Positions 62,136-64,000 of a stretch of DNA of 64,000 nt are shown here, in pieces. The notes beneath the pieces were generated by a model. It was not told where the DNA came from and ran no database searches. It saw only the letters and a list, made by a program, of their open reading frames with translations. Source of the DNA: a virus (lineage: Duplodnaviria; Caudoviricetes); the IMG/VR virus record IMGVR_UViG_3300044557_000107, positions 1 to 64,000 of that record, one strand, 5' to 3'. A program made the translations under genes and the position numbers. Within the stretch, counting starts at the first letter, position 1. Each line of letters starts with the position of its first letter.

Positions 62136-62726
62136 CTAGTTCGCTAATAGAATTTCAATGGGAACAATCGCGCTTAAAGTAACTTGAGTATTACTTTGAG
62201 GATAAATTGGGGATATATTAGAGTATTCTATTAGTGTTCCTGTATTAGATATTTCTGTAGGCTTTAAAATAGTTTTTTGTGTACTAGCAGTAACTCCCAA
62301 GCAAATCCCATATTGTCTAAAACCATTAGTAATTGAAATATCACTATTAGTAAATGATGTTACGAAATAGACACAATCAGGTACATTAGTTGCACTAAGA
62401 TTACTTTCATCCATTATTTCGTAGGTAGTACCTTGAAATTCTATTGTACTTACAGGTACTGAAGTTGTCGTTGTAGTAGTGGTAGTAGAGTTACTTGTTG
62501 TAGTCGTGGTAGTAGTCGGAATAGTATATTTTTTTAAGGGGACTGCTTTAGTTGCTTGAACGTAATACTGAATATCTTCAAGATTGCTTGTAGTTACACT
62601 TTCTGTATCCGGGGTAGCTTCATTGATCCAAGCACTTGTTTTACCCAATGAAAAGTATATTTGAGTTACGTTACTAATCAAATATTTATATATTAAATTT
62701 TTTAAGTTATTTGTTGGGGTTGCCAT
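62136..62726 (-). CDS. baseplate protein with poly-Thr insert
   Basis: YFSLGKTSAW..E..P, FRQYG; insert PTTTTTTTSNSTTTTTTTTSVP. Confidence 0.8.
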   Translation of the reverse strand: MATPTNNLKNLIYKYLISNVTQIYFSLGKTSAWINEATPDTESVTTSNLEDIQYYVQATKAVPLKKYTIPTTTTTTTSNSTTTTTTTTSVPVSTIEFQGTTYEIMDESNLSATNVPDCVYFVTSFTNSDISITNGFRQYGICLGVTASTQKTILKPTEISNTGTLIEYSNISPIYPQSNTQVTLSAIVPIEILLAN

Positions 62727-62744
62727 AATTTTCCTTTCCGAGTA

Positions 62745-64000
62745 CTATGGTGCTGTCGTTGTTGTAGTCGTAGTAGCTAAGGGTACTAATATTTCTTCAC
62801 TTTCACTATTAATATAGGCGGTTGTATCATTATATTTATCAAATATTCCTTGTAAATATAAGTAAATATTATTAAAAATAGTATTTATTAATGAATTTTC
62901 TGGATCACTACATGATAACAGAGAGTACCCTGATGTGCTTACATAATCCTGCAAATTGCTTATTTTAGAACCTGAGGTTAAGCTATCAAAAGTACTTGTA
63001 TTAAAATTATATAGCATAATCGGAAGACTAGGCGAAATATTTGCATTTAAAGTTACTTCTAAATTGCTTATAATTGACTTCCATGCAGAATCATAATTTA
63101 ATGTAGGATTATCTTTTATGTAAAGACTTATGAAGCTCCCAAAACGATTATAAAAGATATCTTTAAAAGCAATAGATACACTTAAATTTTTAAGCACATC
63201 TGCTGGATTAGGTGTCCATGGAGTGGCTGTGGCACCTTTCTCTAGTTTAAGATGACTAATAGTAGCAGTACCTGTACCACTGAGTTGAATATATCCAAAA
63301 CCTTGATTTACATTTGTTACTACTGTAGGTACTCTGAAGAAAGCAGACATTCTACCGGATCCTGAATCACTATTGTAGTTTATAGGGTACACCCAAGGTC
63401 CATGATATGCATTATCTGATGGAGTACTAAATCTTACTTCCCATCCTAATCTATTATTACCACTGCCTACTGTGAAATCAACATATTCATAATCATAAGA
63501 GATGGTTACTAATTGTCCTTCTAATGATTGAAATAATGCTAGTAATCCATCTTGATTCTCATTACACAGATATCCTTGGGTATTGCTTCCTACAACACTA
63601 GCTTGACCTGTTCCAGTCAGTAAGTTATTTCCAACTGTATCACTACTATTATCTTTACCATCGAAATTAAGATCTTTTGATTGGATATTGATGGGGTTAA
63701 AATAGGATTCTGATGATGGGCTGAGTGATATTAAGTTTTCATTCGTTAGATCATATGATACATAGGTAAATTCTGCTGGATTAGGGCACCAATCAGTTGC
63801 TACACTACCCTTTTCTAGCTTTTCTTCTTTCCAATAAACAAGTATGTCTTTGCTTTGTGCAGAAAATCCTAGTGGAGTTAAGTTAATATATCTTACTTCT
63901 GCTGGAATTGTAAAAGTAACTTTAGATACCCCACCAGTATTAGCTAATACAATGTTCCCTTGACCAATGATGTCATACCAATTCTTGTTTTCATCATATG
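62745..64000 (-). CDS. 3' part of a large baseplate/tail protein with carbohydrate-binding-type repeats and C-terminal poly-Thr tag (5' end beyond window)
   Basis: Two KLEKG..AT.W.PNPA repeats (~63.2 kb and ~63.8 kb); ends LATTTTTTTAP. Confidence 0.75.
   Translation of the reverse strand, partial: YDENKNWYDIIGQGNIVLANTGGVSKVTFTIPAEVRYINLTPLGFSAQSKDILVYWKEEKLEKGSVATDWCPNPAEFTYVSYDLTNENLISLSPSSESYFNPINIQSKDLNFDGKDNSSDTVGNNLLTGTGQASVVGSNTQGYLCNENQDGLLALFQSLEGQLVTISYDYEYVDFTVGSGNNRLGWEVRFSTPSDNAYHGPWVYPINYNSDSGSGRMSAFFRVPTVVTNVNQGFGYIQLSGTGTATISHLKLEKGATATPWTPNPADVLKNLSVSIAFKDIFYNRFGSFISLYIKDNPTLNYDSAWKSIISNLEVTLNANISPSLPIMLYNFNTSTFDSLTSGSKISNLQDYVSTSGYSLLSCSDPENSLINTIFNNIYLYLQGIFDKYNDTTAYINSESEEILVPLATTTTTTTAP

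Noticed and set aside
61861-62137. TCTTTCT on both sides of element D as a 7-bp target-site duplication
   Set aside because: The ends are better defined by TTTAT and TTCAC (251 bp, same as C). IS200/IS605 elements make no duplications, and both copies are low-complexity RBS-like purine tracts on the minus strand.

Overview
A 64-kb segment of a large, AT-rich lytic myophage of the SPO1/Twort-like group (Herelleviridae). The host is most likely a lactobacillus, judged from the GH25 endolysin, LL-H-type holin, lactobacillus-like SSB tail and tandem VIT pair. Almost all genes are on the minus strand. Read right to left, the window holds baseplate/adsorption tail genes (58-64 kb); the replication block (SF2 helicase with a mini-intein, DnaB-like helicase, SbcCD-like nuclease pair, primase, resolvase, glutaredoxin, PolA-family polymerase, SSB, RecA, sigma factor; 37-57 kb); conserved hypothetical and virion genes; holin and endolysin; an accessory island (two glycosyltransferases, CorA, two VIT1/CCC1 transporters; 20-25 kb); many small early genes; and a 2.2-kb non-coding, repeat-rich region beside terminal-repeat-like early genes. 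The best candidate for a new system is a phage-encoded protein O-glycosylation pathway. It pairs an HPAT/SGT1-like initiating glycosyltransferase with a Gtf3-like extending enzyme, and at least seven unrelated, mostly virion or lysis proteins carry mucin-like poly-Thr tags, one extendable by a probable -1 frameshift. Other notable features are a family of IS200/IS605 tnpB/omegaRNA elements (one repairs the SSB C-terminus it interrupts), four promoter/terminator-bounded structured ncRNA candidates (one about 600 nt and pseudoknotted), a shared late-promoter motif that also precedes the metal transporters, and an orphan MazE-like antitoxin. All family calls come from motif recognition by eye; no database search was run.
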